A stretch of DNA of 64,000 bases from Octopus bimaculoides (Eukaryota). Below the pieces are notes generated by a model. That model was not told where the DNA came from. It did no database searches and saw only the letters and a program-made list of their open reading frames with translations. The position numbers and the translations under genes are program-made. This document shows positions 48,612-61,937 of the stretch, in pieces; within the stretch, counting starts at the first letter, position 1; each line of letters begins with the position of its first letter. The stretch lies in assembly GCF_001194135.2 (NCBI RefSeq), contig NC_068989.1, positions 92,117,673-92,181,672 on the forward strand. The letters run 5' to 3'.

Positions 48612-49980
48612 NNNNNNNNNNNNNNNNNNNNNNNNNNNNNNNNNNNNNNNNNNNNNNNNNNNNNNNNNNNNNNNNNNNNNNNNNNNNNNNNNNNNNNNNN
48701 NNNNNNNNNNNNNNNNNNNNNNNNNNNNNNNNNNNNNNNNNNNNNNNNNNNNNNNNNNNNNNNNNNNNNNNNNNNNNNNNNNNNNNNNNNNNNNNNNNNN
48801 NNNNNNNNNNNNNNNNNNNNNNNNNNNNNNNNNNNNNNNNNNNNNNNNNNNNNNNNNNNNNNNNNNNNNNNNNNNNNNNNNNNNNNNNNNNNNNNNNNNN
48901 NNNNNNNNNNNNNNNNNNNNNNNNNNNNNNNNNNNNNNNNNNNNNNNNNNNNNNNNNNNNNNNNNNNNNNNNNNNNNNNNNNNNNNNNNNNNNNNNNNNN
49001 NNNNNNNNNNNNNNNNNNNNNNNNNNNNNNNNNNNNNNNNNNNNNNNNNNNNNNNNNNNNNNNNNNNNNNNNNNNNNNNNNNNNNNNNNNNNNNNNNNNN
49101 NNNNNNNNNNNNNNNNNNNNNNNNNNNNNNNNNNNNNNNNNNNNNNNNNNNNNNNNNNNNNNNNNNNNNNNNNNNNNNNNNNNNNNNNNNNNNNNNNNNN
49201 NNNNNNNNNNNNNNNNNNNNNNNNNNNNNNNNNNNNNNNNNNNNNNNNNNNNNNNNNNNNNNNNNNNNNNNNNNNNNNNNNNNNNNNNNNNNNNNNNNNN
49301 NNNNNNNNNNNNNNNNNNNNNNNNNNNNNNNNNNNNNNNNNNNNNNNNNNNNNNNNNNNNNNNNNNNNNNNNNNNNNNNNNNNNNNNNNNNNNNNNNNNN
49401 NNNNNNNNNNNNNNNNNNNNNNNNNNNNNNNNNNNNNTGTGTGTGTGTGTGTGTGTGTGTGTTGAATCAAAATTAGATTTAATACAAAATAGGATTCAAT
49501 ACATACGCGCGTTTCAAAGGACAATACAAATATGTAAGAAAAAAATTATAAACAGTAATTATAATTAAATTAATGCATTGTTATTTTCATCAGTGTAACG
49601 AATTTTTGTAAGGACACGAAAAATTTTAAATAAAATAAAGTAATTTAAAATAAGATACAATAAGGGAGAATACAAATGGGTTAATAAGGAAAAGATCGGA
49701 TATTTACAAGCAATGTAAAAGGGGAAGAAATAACAGTAATAATAATAATAGTATGAGAGACGGAAAGAAAAAAGACAGAGATATGAATGTGTATGCTCGT
49801 CTATATGTGCGGTAAACTATAACAAAAAAAATAAGAGTGAAAGGCTAACGGGTATGTTTAAAAAATGGTAGCAGGTCGAGACGAAGCTTAATGTAAAGAA
49901 GGACACCCGTGTATAGTAGAATATAACGTAACAGGTGGATTATTAGAGAAAAACCATACAGAATTATACATATTAAAAAC

Positions 49981-50038
<58 letters not shown>

Positions 50039-50689
50039 ATGTATGTATATTTTAGACGAGGCTAAAAAGTGATAGGCAGTACTATGTTTGAAAAAAGTTA
50101 CAAGTGATAGAAAAAACGTATATAGTTGACACATAGTGATATACAGTCATACACATATACATACATATACACATACACAACACACGCATATATACACACA
50201 CGTTCATAAAAAGAAAAACATCCGTGCATACACATACAGGGGTACAAGTGTGAAGGAAGATACAACACGTAAAATAAAGAAGTACGTATTCACATAAGAC
50301 ATATAAATATGATGAATCTTTATTAGAAATCATTCTTTCAGTCCTTTTGGACCTCTCAAAAAGTTTGAACTCTTCTCTTTTGAACTTATGTTTCCCTATC
50401 TATATATCATAAATATATGTAATCATCTACACATTCACACATACGTGACACTTGCCCGGCATACAATTCAGCATATGAACGGCTCACTTCCTTGTTAGTT
50501 GTACCTCAAGATTCCATTGCCTTTATTAGGCCACACACGTCCACGTTGGATGGGGGGGGGGGTAGGTGTTCCTGTGGTGGTGATTACATCTGATCATGGG
50601 CACCGAGGCAGTATTTGAACTCATACCCTATAGGGTGTGCACATACTTGTAAGCTTCTCCTCTGGCACGTTACAATTTCGTCAAACCAC

Positions 50690-50815
50690 TCTGCTACTGG
50701 GGATAGGCATTTTATTTATCAGCTCTGAAAGAATGAAATGCAATGTTGACCTCGCTTCGATTTGAACGCAGGGCACATTCCATTCGGCACACTAATCTCA
50801 TCAAATTCGTCGCCT
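50690..50815 (-). mobile_element. SINE family B, degenerate (others at 52135-52243 and 55760-55900)
   Basis: tttatcagctctgaaagaatgaaatgcaatgttgacctcg...atttgaac. Confidence 0.65.
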
Positions 50816-52244
50816 AAATAACGCATGTGTTGTTGTAAGTTAACCATGACTCAAATGTGCTCCAATCATGACCATCACATCATATTGGTGCAGCGTACAC
50901 ATAGCAACATATTCTAAGATGCATTTTTGTGATACGTGAAACGTTTCACCAGTTTTGCTGCTATTTCTGGGAGGGTTCTCATGCATCTCGTTACAGGGAA
51001 ACGTTAGAGTTTGAGAAGAATTAACCGTAGCAACATGATGAAGAAAAGCATCACAGGTGATGATTGGTTCGTTTGCTTTCTGGGGTCAAGACCAAGACTG
51101 GCTGTCGCTCTGACCAGAAGAGACATCGATGTTGTATATATCGTATTGACATCGTATTATGATCAATGGATCACTAATCACCCAATGATGGATATACCTG
51201 CTCATGGAAACGTAAATAATTGAATCGATCATCTGTCAACAGATGAAACGGTAAGCAGAGAATACCACCAATGCGATTCCATCTAATAAATCTCATGTTG
51301 AAGCGAGATAATCCAATAAAGCGTAATGTTTGTCACGATTTCATGTAATTCAGTTATTACATTAGTCACCTCTCACTTTCGTCTTTCATACATTTAAGTA
51401 ATACAACCAGACACCGTGCTGTGCATTGAATGTTATCCAACGATAAACAAGTAGGTGACACACACACACACACACACACTCACAAAAACGGGATTGAATA
51501 GTGTTTTAACGTAACATAACATCAAGCTTTATTAATAAACATTAGAGATGCTTGTAATTACTATATAGCAAGCAGAGAGGATTTAGATTGTGTGATATTG
51601 AAGAGGTTTTTGAAGTTGTGGTATTAGGCATTTTATTCATTCAAACGCTGAACTTCACAAATAAAGCAATCGCTTATATTAGCTATGTCAAATGTTTCAG
51701 AAATTATAGAGAGGAATCAAAGAAATTGTTGTCTCTTGCAGAAAACGTGGAAGAACTGATAAATGATAGGATAGCAGTGTCATAGAATCGGAATTGGTCA
51801 CATTCTGGCCAATTTGCATTAGTTATGTGCAGCACCCAAATTGACATTGTGTAATGGCATCCGCGTAAATTTCTACGGATAGAAAACAATTAATATATAT
51901 CTTGTGTATATGTGTGTGTGTGTGTATGTGTGTATATATATACATACATCAGTGTGTGTGTGTGTGTACGTATGTGAATTAATATATTCACAAATTCATG
52001 ATGGGAAAACTGAAAGGCGTGAATTTGTATAAGCATAGGCATATATATAAAATGCATATAAACAATATACTTATACAAACGTGCACCCACATACATACAC
52101 ATATTATACACGCACACGCATAATTATGCAATATCCTTTTCTACTATAGGCCGAATTTTTTAGGGAGAGGGCTAGTCGATTAGATCAACTGGTACTTAAT
52201 TTATCGACTGCGAAAGGATGAAAGATAAAGTCGAACTCGGCAGC

Positions 52245-52992
52245 CATGAAAACCTTCTTTTTCAAGAGCTCCGATTTAGGGAAGGTTTTCGGTGCTTCAT
52301 TCTTGTCCAACCACTGCGAAGAACGTTTTTTTAATATTGTACAGAACCCACTTTTCATTGCATGTTACAATACGGTCGAGAAATGGATCGGTCTGGTTAG
52401 GGAGAAGAAGCGATGAGCAAATTTCATATCTGCGCATTTTCTGACTTTCAATCAAATCATCTAGTACACATTTGTCGAGATTTTTTTTATTTTTCCGATC
52501 GTATGCAAATGGTCGCATGCAGTTTTCTGGCCAATTTGAAGTTCTTTTGCCAGTTCTCGAGTGGTTTTACATGGATCTTTCTCAATCACGATATTTAATT
52601 GACCGTCTTCAATGACAGACAGCTGTGCACTACGCTCACAATCTTCAGGACTCAGGTCTCCACTGCTAAACCGTTTAAAATATTTCCGTGCTGACCACTC
52701 ACTGATCATTTCCTCACCAAATGTTTTGTTGATATCGCGAAGAGTTTCAGCTGCTTTACGTCCCTTTTTGAAGCAAAATTGCTCGAATATCGCGCTTTAA
52801 CAATTCCATTTCAGATGATTGTAACAACGGGGGGAAAATATCAGTTTTAATTTATTGATGCATTTGGGCAAGTCAATGTCTGTATTATCAGACCATTGCA
52901 AAAACATGTTTTAAAAAAACCCAAAAACTTTGCAAAGATCCGGTACAAATTCTTCATGGTTCAAAACGTTGCTTACTTTTTACTCAACCTAA
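52245..52992 (-). mobile_element. mariner (IS630-Tc1-mariner) 5' remnant with one TIR
   Basis: TIR ttaggttgagtaaaaagtaagcaacg flanked by TA (52993-52994); frameshifted transposase from ATG at about 52809: GRKAAETLRDINKTFGE..ISEW...FKRFSSGD...TTRELAKEL...DHLHTIGK...FLDRIVTCNEKWVLY. Confidence 0.92.
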
Positions 52993-53050
52993 TATGTATG
53001 TATGTATGAATGTATGTATGCATGTATGCATGCATAATTTATGTATGTAT

Positions 53051-53175
53051 ATGTGGGCTTCTCTCAGTTGCCGTCTACCATTCACAGTGCTTTGGGGACC
53101 CAAGCCTATATTAGGAGATACTTGCACAAGATACCCATGGTTAGTAACCAAAACACTTATCATATAGCCACGCCC
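53051..53175 (-). mobile_element. SINE family A head/core fragment
   Basis: gggcttctctcagttgccgtctacc...tacttgcacaag...cttatcatatagccacgccc. Confidence 0.7.
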
Positions 53176-53910
53176 ACGAATGTGATATAAATATATACAA
53201 ACATATATAATTCACTTCAATTATTCATTTAAGTTATTTTAATTTCGGCACCTTATATAAATTCCTTTTTACAATATACTCCAAGGCTAATAGTTTAGAA
53301 TTTTCATACAGAAGACGAGTAATAATTAATTCCACTGACGAGCTTCAGATGTTACGAAACACAGACGAACCTGCCAACCTTGACCAATACGAAAGAACAG
53401 AATTTTAGTAAAGCATGGTAATTGATGGAGGTTTGTGAAATAAATTTTAATTTATTATAATTATCTCCTCTTTTCTTTGAATGACGATAAAATTTGGCAT
53501 AATTTTTTGATATTTTAGAACGACAAAGCGCCAATATTTAAATCTATTGAAAATTTTTACTGCATACATCATTCCATACATGAGCACCTACCCGATTTAG
53601 ATAACTTTATTCCATTAACCTACATGAATTATCTCCATGAGCTCATGTTGGAATGCACACACACACACACACAAACAACCACACTTACACTTATGAAGAT
53701 ATATACGTATGCATATATATGTATGCATGTATACATATACACGCATATTTGTCTATATACATGCATAGATTATGTACATATACATACATATAGAGATGTA
53801 TATATATATGTGCATACATATATATGCACATAATAACTATATACACATATATATATATATTTATTTACACATGCATACATATATATATATATATATATAT
53901 ACATTTATAC

Positions 53911-53961
<51 letters not shown>

Positions 53962-53976
53962 ATACGCAGATATTTT

Positions 53977-54015
<39 letters not shown>

Positions 54016-54342
54016 TACACACATATACATATGTGCGCTGTTTCGCGTGCGTGCTTGCGAGTATGTGTGTGCGTGTGTGTCTATGTGTGTGCAAAACTCA
54101 AAAATGTAAAGGATGAGATAGATAACGAAAGAATATAGATCGGTTGCAATTTCAACATTGAGATAAGACAACTTAGAACGATATAAAATAAAATAAATAA
54201 TGAAATAAATTCCAGTGAATAAAGAATACAAAAAGTGGACATCTAATATGTGTAATAACAACAAATATATTGAGTGTGGCAATTTGTGACACGCACACAT
54301 ACACACACTTATTGAGCTATATATGTTTATATGTTTATATGT

Positions 54343-54417
<75 letters not shown>

Positions 54418-54426
54418 TGTGTAGGC

Positions 54427-54457
<31 letters not shown>

Positions 54458-54712
54458 CGCGTGTGCAGGCATATATATATGTTTGCCTACATATGTGTAT
54501 GCATGTGTATGTGCTTGTGTGTGTGTATGTGCTTGTGTGTGCGTATGTGTGTAGTTGATTGGGATCTTACATAGATGTGAGTTCGTTATAGGTGTATATA
54601 CGAGTGTATATTTGCATGAACACACACCACACTCACACATATTTATATATTATATGTACACACAAACGCAAACAAACACACACATATATGTAAATGTATG
54701 TATGCATTTATC

Positions 54713-54762
<50 letters not shown>

Positions 54763-54789
54763 TGTGTGTGCATATATGAATATATATAT

Positions 54790-54836
<47 letters not shown>

Positions 54837-56384
54837 CGACTGAATTATAAAGCTCACGACGCCCTGTATTACGTTATCTAAATATATAAAATACGAACAA
54901 AAAAAAAAAGAAACAAGAAAACATGAAATAATTGAAGTTTGATTCAAAATTTCTAGAAAATCTGTCTCTTATCGAAGCCAATATCTGGAAAATTCTATTT
55001 GAATTTATGGTATTTTTTTCGTTATTCTTTTTCTTTACCTGACGAGGGGATCAAATGTAGTTTAAACATCACAGGAATGAAAGTTTGAACCTCGGCCACC
55101 TTCGCCGCCACCGCCGGTGTAGTCGTCGCCACTGCAACAGCTGCTTCCACCACCAACACAGCCAGTTCTTGATGGAGCTGCGCATATCATCGCTATGATA
55201 TCGACAACAAAACGGAGAAACACCACTCCCCCCGCCGCCACACTTTCCCTTGCCATCTTCGTTATCGTCACTTTCGTCAGCATCAACATTTTGTTAATGA
55301 TGGTGATGATGACGATGATCATCATCGTCATCATCATCATGGTCGTAATGATCATCATAATCATCATTGTCTTCATCACTATGATCGTGATCATGATCGT
55401 CTTCATCATCATCATCATTATCGCAGTGATCATTATCATCCTCCCCCTCCTCCCACTCCTACTCCTACTCATCATCATCTCTGTCATCACCCACACCATC
55501 ATCATCGCAATCATCATCATAGTCATCAACTTCACGGTCGTCGTCGTCGTCGTCGTCGTCTTCATGACATTCACCATCATTATCGCCACCATCATCATCA
55601 CAATCCTCATCAGTCTCATGCAACAATTTTTATCATACTCCTCATTATCCGAATCATCGTCGTTGTCCTTATTCTCGCCGACGCCATTCTCCTAATAAAT
55701 ATTTCATATAGAGACGAGACCAGCAAGTTTGTGTCGGAATTTGAGAAGTCGATGCCATGCACCGCAATATTTTACAAATATAGTATTTATCTAAAGCCAG
55801 AGGTGTGAAAGACAACGTCGACCCCGGCTGGGTTTCAACCCTGAACGTAAAGTGTAGGAAGAAATCCCTAGACATATCATGGCAAAAATTTAAATGTTGC
55901 TGGTGCTGCTAATTGCAGTTATAATTGTGAAGTAATCATTCTTGTTTAATATTCGAGTCGGGAGTGAAGGCACAGATTGTGGCCCCATATTGTGCCTTTG
56001 ACACTGGTGGAGGTAGGGGAATAATTTATCTTCAACCCTTGTCCGGATACATTGAACACTCTGTTTTCCACGAACGGCGTCAAAGCGCTATATGGTGGAG
56101 TTACAGTCACATAATGAGATCGGTCCAAAGGAATATGTTCTGCTCCAAAATGTGTGGCTGCCAATGTTAGAAATAATCACTTAAACGCATCAAATATTTA
56201 ATCCACAATCGTTAGTTCGACAAAATATATTTTCTGTTGCTTACTCGGGAATTAAATATTATTATTGCTTATCCACAATATGACAGAGAGTAGACATGTC
56301 AAATATTAAAATTTAGACTTATGCGTAGGGAAAATACAGAGTTTTCCACCGGTCTCCATTCATGCGTTACGTTCCCTGCTGCTG

Positions 56385-56700
56385 TTGTTTCTTGGTCTAA
56401 GTGTCTCTGTCAAGAGGGTGTGAGCGTGTGCTACAGGTAACTTGTCATTGTGCTACATGCATTTTCCTTAAGGAAGTATTGTTTTGCATTCTGACAAGTT
56501 GTATTCCAGGGTATCCTTTTCCCTACAAATCCTATAAAGCTTGCTCATTTTCATACATTCATCCTCAATCTGTACAGGTTGGCGGGCGTTGTGAGTGTAA
56601 CATACACCGCTTGCAAAACGGAAGGATGGTTATCCACGTAAACGCTCTGTTTCGGAGGTCTTATTTGCTCCAGGTTTCAGAGATACTCTAATACATTTCT
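56385..56700 (-). mobile_element. HERO/R2-like RLE non-LTR remnant (CCHC region)
   Basis: SVLQAVYVTLTTPANLYRL...CREKDTLEYNLSECKTIL..GKCM*HNDKL; matches L.AVYD.LP.PANL...C....TL.HILS.C...GRY.WRHN.VL. Confidence 0.7.
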
Positions 56701-56841
56701 TTCCTCCTCTTCGTGCTGTACATCTTTTGTGCCTTAGTACTCCCTCTTTCACCAAAAGCTAATCCCATAGAATTGGCCAATTAAAAGGTGTTTACACTGG
56801 CGGTGCCCAAGCTTGGCCGCAGAAAGAACACATACACACAC

Positions 56842-56898
<57 letters not shown>

Positions 56899-57009
56899 TG
56901 AGAGAGAGAGTAGTTTAACCACAAAAAATATTAACTAAACACAAACATTTCTTAAATCTATGGATAATGAAAGCATTATAACTTCTTTTGTAAAATTCTC
57001 AATCTATGA

Positions 57010-57540
57010 TTTACAAGTTAACCATATAATTCAGAGATGTTACGACAATCCCCAGTGTAAGACCTTTTAAAATGTAAAAAGATACATCATGGCCATTTTG
57101 GATTTCAGTACTGCATATATACAGACACAACAACTTGACTACTCTTCAAGCAATCAAGCAACTATTAGATAGTTGGAAACATTACTTGATCATGCCCCCA
57201 ATAAAATACCCCCAAAATCGAAAATGCTTTTGGATTGGAAGAAGTCTACAGAACACGAGCTATTGTAAAACATTTGGTCCGTCAGAGCATCAGTATTTAC
57301 ACATGGTGAGGGAAAAGGAAATAACGAAACAAGAGCACCAGAAGAGATTTGAGGAATGTAGAACTGATGTAGTAATAAGTTTTCTTCGTAGATTAACAGC
57401 TTCTTTTAAAGGAGAAGATAAAGAAAATTCTTGAATAAGGCGTCAGAGTGAAAAGAAAGAAAACAAATGAAGCCATTCAGAAGTAGGAAAATAACTACCA
57501 CCATAGCTACAATAGAAAACAAGAGGAAATTATAAAAGTG
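57010..57540 (+). mobile_element. Possible old R4/Dong-like N-terminal remnant
   Basis: IIQRCYDNP...KRY.MAI...QQL...QATIR...; EKIKKIL...KRKKTNEAI. Similarity is weak. Confidence 0.35.
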
Positions 57541-57555
57541 GTGAATAGATACATC

Positions 57556-57606
<51 letters not shown>

Positions 57607-58206
57607 GAGAGAAGGGAGAGAGAGAAAGGGAGAGAGATTTCAAATAAAGAAATAATGCGCATAAACGAATAAAAACAGATGACATATGGATGTGCATGAG
57701 AGACCTATTAGCTGGACACTCAGTGAAAGGAGAGAATTTGACGTTTGGAGCACAGCTCTTTGTCGGAAAAAAGAAACGGAAAAGTCCAAAGAGGGGAAAA
57801 GAAATCGCCAACGATAGGTGTATAGTTACATTGTTATATATATATGGTTATCAATGTTTTTATATATACATACATACCTATGCATATATACAAATATGTG
57901 TATGTATGTGTGTATGTGTGTATATATATATCAGATAGGATAAGATAACGGAAAACGGAAAGGTAATTAAATTATTATGTGTTTAATAACCTCTCTATTT
58001 TCTTATTTTATAATAAATAAATATATATAAACCACGGCATCTATAGTTACACTGCAGCTGAATATTATCTGTAAAGTTCAACTTTTTTTTTTTGTATTGG
58101 TAACTAACCAGTACTTTCATAGGGTTTTGCTATCCCTGAATGAAGTTTGTAACCTTTATTTGTACTTTTGTACATATATATATACACACACACACACATG
58201 ACTTAC

Positions 58207-58245
58207 AATTCCATTAGAAGCAGGATCAACAAAAAGCATGCCATC
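58207..58245 (-). CDS. Candidate 39-nt micro-exon (phase 0-0)
   Basis: catttatctcacacag|GATGGCATGCTTTTTGTTGATCCTGCTTCTAATGGAATT|gtaagt gives DGMLFVDPASNGI; canonical splice sites on both sides. Confidence 0.4.
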
Positions 58246-58580
58246 CTGTGTGAGATAAATGCCATTAAATATACACAATTACAAAAGAGTCATTAATAAT
58301 TGGAACTTCCTTCACGAATTTTTTTCTTTCCGGTCTCATGTCTTTTCGGAGACCAGCGTCCCTGCTTTTATGATACATACATCTAGCGTTATGAACTGAA
58401 TCTGGAACATAACTTCGAGATACATGACATGTTATACTACCAATTTAGTGTATCTTAAAGCATAAAACTATTAGTAGCACCCTAGTAATTGTGTATATTA
58501 AATGATATACAAGTACATATATATATATACACACATACATATATACACGCGCACACACACAACCATATATAAGGTACATA

Positions 58581-58617
<37 letters not shown>

Positions 58618-59187
58618 CTATATGTATATGTATATTATATATATACATATCTATATGTATATATAAGTATATACATCAATATGTACATATGTATANNNNN
58701 NNNNNNNNNNNNNNNNNNNNNNNNNNNNNNNNNNNNNNNNNNNNNNNNNNNNNNNNNNNNNNNNNNNNNNNNNNNNNNNNNNNNNNNNNNNNNNNNNNNN
58801 NNNNNNNNNNNNNNNNNNNNNNNNNNNNNNNNNNNNNNNNNNNNNNNNNNNNNNNNNNNNNNNNNNNNNNNNNNNNNNNNNNNNNNNNNNNNNNNNNNNN
58901 NNNNNNNNNNNNNNNNNNNNNNNNNNNNNNNNNNNNNNNNNNNNNNNNNNNNNNNNNNNNNNNNNNNNNNNNNNNNNNNNNNNNNNNNNNNNNNNNNNNN
59001 NNNNNNNNNNNNNNNNNNNNNNNNNNNNNNNNNNNNNNNNNNNNNNNNNNNNNNNNNNNNNNNNNNNNNNNNNNNNNNNNNNNNNNNNNNNNNNNNNNNN
59101 NNNNNNNNNNNNNNNNNNNNNNNNNNNNNNNNNNNNNNNNNNNNNNNNNNNNNNNNNNNNNNNNNNNNNNNNNNNNNNNNNNNNNNN

Positions 59188-59227
<40 letters not shown>

Positions 59228-59344
59228 AATATATATATACAAGCACATATATATACATACGATGGGAAAGTTCGAAAAGAACCAATGCAGGACAAGTTTC
59301 TTGAGTCATTGAGAAATAATTAATTAGAATAAGGTGAATTTGAA

Positions 59345-59420
59345 GTCTTACAGCTGTTTCCGGGATACCCCAAGTGATAGGTTACCATGTCCATATACTG
59401 GGTATTCCGTCATCAGAGTC
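59345..59420 (-). ncRNA. Minimal type-I hammerhead ribozyme motif, core intact
   Basis: CTGATGA (59416-59410), stem II CGGAATACCC/GGGTATCCCG 9 of 10 bp, GAAA (59360-59357), palindromic ACAGCTGT, GUA triplet, stem I 3 of 4 bp. Confidence 0.75.
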
Positions 59421-59886
59421 AAGGTGAGTATGTATGAAAGTTCCGGACAGGGAATTTCACAGTTTAGAAGGAATAAGGAAAGGAAAGAGTAAATGTAGGT
59501 AGAACACAGACAGGAGAATAAAGTTCACAGTTCATACAAGCTAACCACTTAATCCATTACTTCAACATGAACGCATCATTCAAAATACTTCCTCGAATTA
59601 CCTTGGGTTATACCTTAAACTTCTAAATACATTTTATAATAAAAAAACATGGCATGTTATAAGATTTAATTATGCAGAATGATCGTTAGTATTATTATAT
59701 GGTATTTCGATATCTCAGTATCAGGAGCTCTTCTGGACGTTTCCGAAAATAAGGTGTAAATTTCCTAAGGAAAGCCTCCTAATCCTGAAATATTCAAAAA
59801 GGAGGAAAGAGTAATAACTATCGATACGTATTATTAAATTTTATAACAAGCATTGGTTTACCTTAAAAGAAATCATTTAAAGCAAC

Positions 59887-59919
<33 letters not shown>

Positions 59920-60185
59920 ATGTTATGCGCATGTGCATGTGTACTAATATAGTGGATTTATTTCAGTTCCTTCACGTATTCAGATTTAAACAGATCTACA
60001 TGCCCGGAGTGAGATTTTGATTACTAATTGTTTGGAAAATCTCATATGAACGGCTGTGTTCAATGCACATTTTTGACGCCATGACAGACTTGCTGGGAAG
60101 ATCTAATATTTGCATACGAATTTTATAACTGCACCTCTCTCCACACACACTCACGCACACACATCACACTCAAATATATTATACA

Positions 60186-60226
<41 letters not shown>

Positions 60227-61287
60227 NNNNNNNNNNNNNNNNNNNNNNNNNNNNNNNNNNNNNNNNNNNNNNNNNNNNNNNNNNNNNNNNNNNNNNNNNN
60301 NNNNNNNNNNNNNNNNNNNNNNNNNNNNNNNNNNNNNNNNNNNNNNNNNNNNNNNNNNNNNNNNNNNNNNNNNNNNNNNNNNNNNNNNNNNNNNNNNNNN
60401 NNNNNNNNNNNNNNNNNNNNNNNNNNNNNNNNNNNNNNNNNNNNNNNNNNNNNNNNNNNNNNNNNNNNNNNNNNNNNNNNNNNNNNNNNNNNNNNNNNNN
60501 NNNNNNNNNNNNNNNNNNNNNNNNNNNNNNNNNNNNNNNNNNNNNNNNNNNNNNNNNNNNNNNNNNNNNNNNNNNNNNNNNNNNNNNNNNNNNNNNNNNN
60601 NNNNNNNNNNNNNNNNNNNNNNNNNNNNNNNNNNNNNNNNNNNNNNNNNNNNNNNNNNNNNNNNNNNNNNNNNNNNNNNNNNNNNNNNNNNNNNNNNNNN
60701 NNNNNNNNNNNNNNNNNNNNNNNNNNNNNNNNNNNNNNNNNNNNNNNNNNNNNNNTATATATATATATATATATATCTGTCTGTATGTATATGTACATAT
60801 ACAGAAATACACATATGTACAGCCATTGAGCATCTATGTCCCGAAACCATTCTGATGCAAAGTGAGATTGTAGGACGAATGATTGAAATAATTAGATAAG
60901 AATCAACAGATAGCTACAACAGCGAGAATAACAGCAGCAACAGCAACGACGACAACAACAGCTACAAAAACATATATGACGAAATAAAAGTGAATGCATT
61001 TAGCTAGAACAATCGAAGAATTAACTGCGAGAGTACGAACATTAAAAGCGTCAAACAGCAGTAATATTTTTTTTCCTCCGAGATTGAATGGAATTGGAGA
61101 ATTGAAAGAATGAAAGACTGAAAGAATGAAAAATTGAATGAAACACAGTAGAATTAAGAGGGGAGAAAAAGAAGGATTGGGGAAGATGTTGAATATCTGA
61201 AGTAGTGAATATGGGAGTGATCATAAATGGGGAGTCTATGTGTAAGCAACAAATGTATCCGATAAAATATGTGTGGGAGTGTGTGCT

Positions 61288-61342
<55 letters not shown>

Positions 61343-61435
61343 CGTAGTAGTATATATGTATATATATATTCGCCATGATAGATCGCTAGCCCATAAACCT
61401 TTTTCTATTTTCTCTCCCTGTTTATTTCTGTTTTG

Positions 61436-61471
61436 CTTTCAGTCGAAGAGCGTAGGCTCGAAACGTAAAAG
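61436..61471 (+). ncRNA. Hammerhead-like motif with intact helices and altered core
   Basis: Stem I CTTT/AAAG, core CAGTCGA(A) instead of CTGANGA, stem II GAGC-gtag-GCTC, GAAACGTA. Confidence 0.5.
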
Positions 61472-61701
61472 TCTTTCCCACTTCCCGAGAATTTTGTTGT
61501 TTATACACCCGTCTTTTGTTTCTATATTTTTGGGAAATTCTCACCATATATACATATATATATATATATTTCAAAGTGGTACAGTGAACTTGCCGTGTGG
61601 AGAGGAATATCCAACGTTTCGGATTCAGTCCTTTGTGAATGGGTAGAGAAATAGAGAAGAAAGTCAAACAGAGTTTACATCCTATCAGCTTGAAAATCTA
61701 G

Positions 61702-61763
<62 letters not shown>

Positions 61764-61817
61764 GTAATATAATTATATAGTTGTGTGTATGTGTGTGTAT
61801 GTAGGTATATATATAGT

Positions 61818-61875
<58 letters not shown>

Positions 61876-61895
61876 TACACACACATACACGCAGA

Positions 61896-61937
<42 letters not shown>

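Noticed and set aside
50990-51880. Possible RTE-type LINE 3' relics (about 51010-51220 and 51700-51880)
   Set aside because: Only scattered residues match; too degenerate to support a call.
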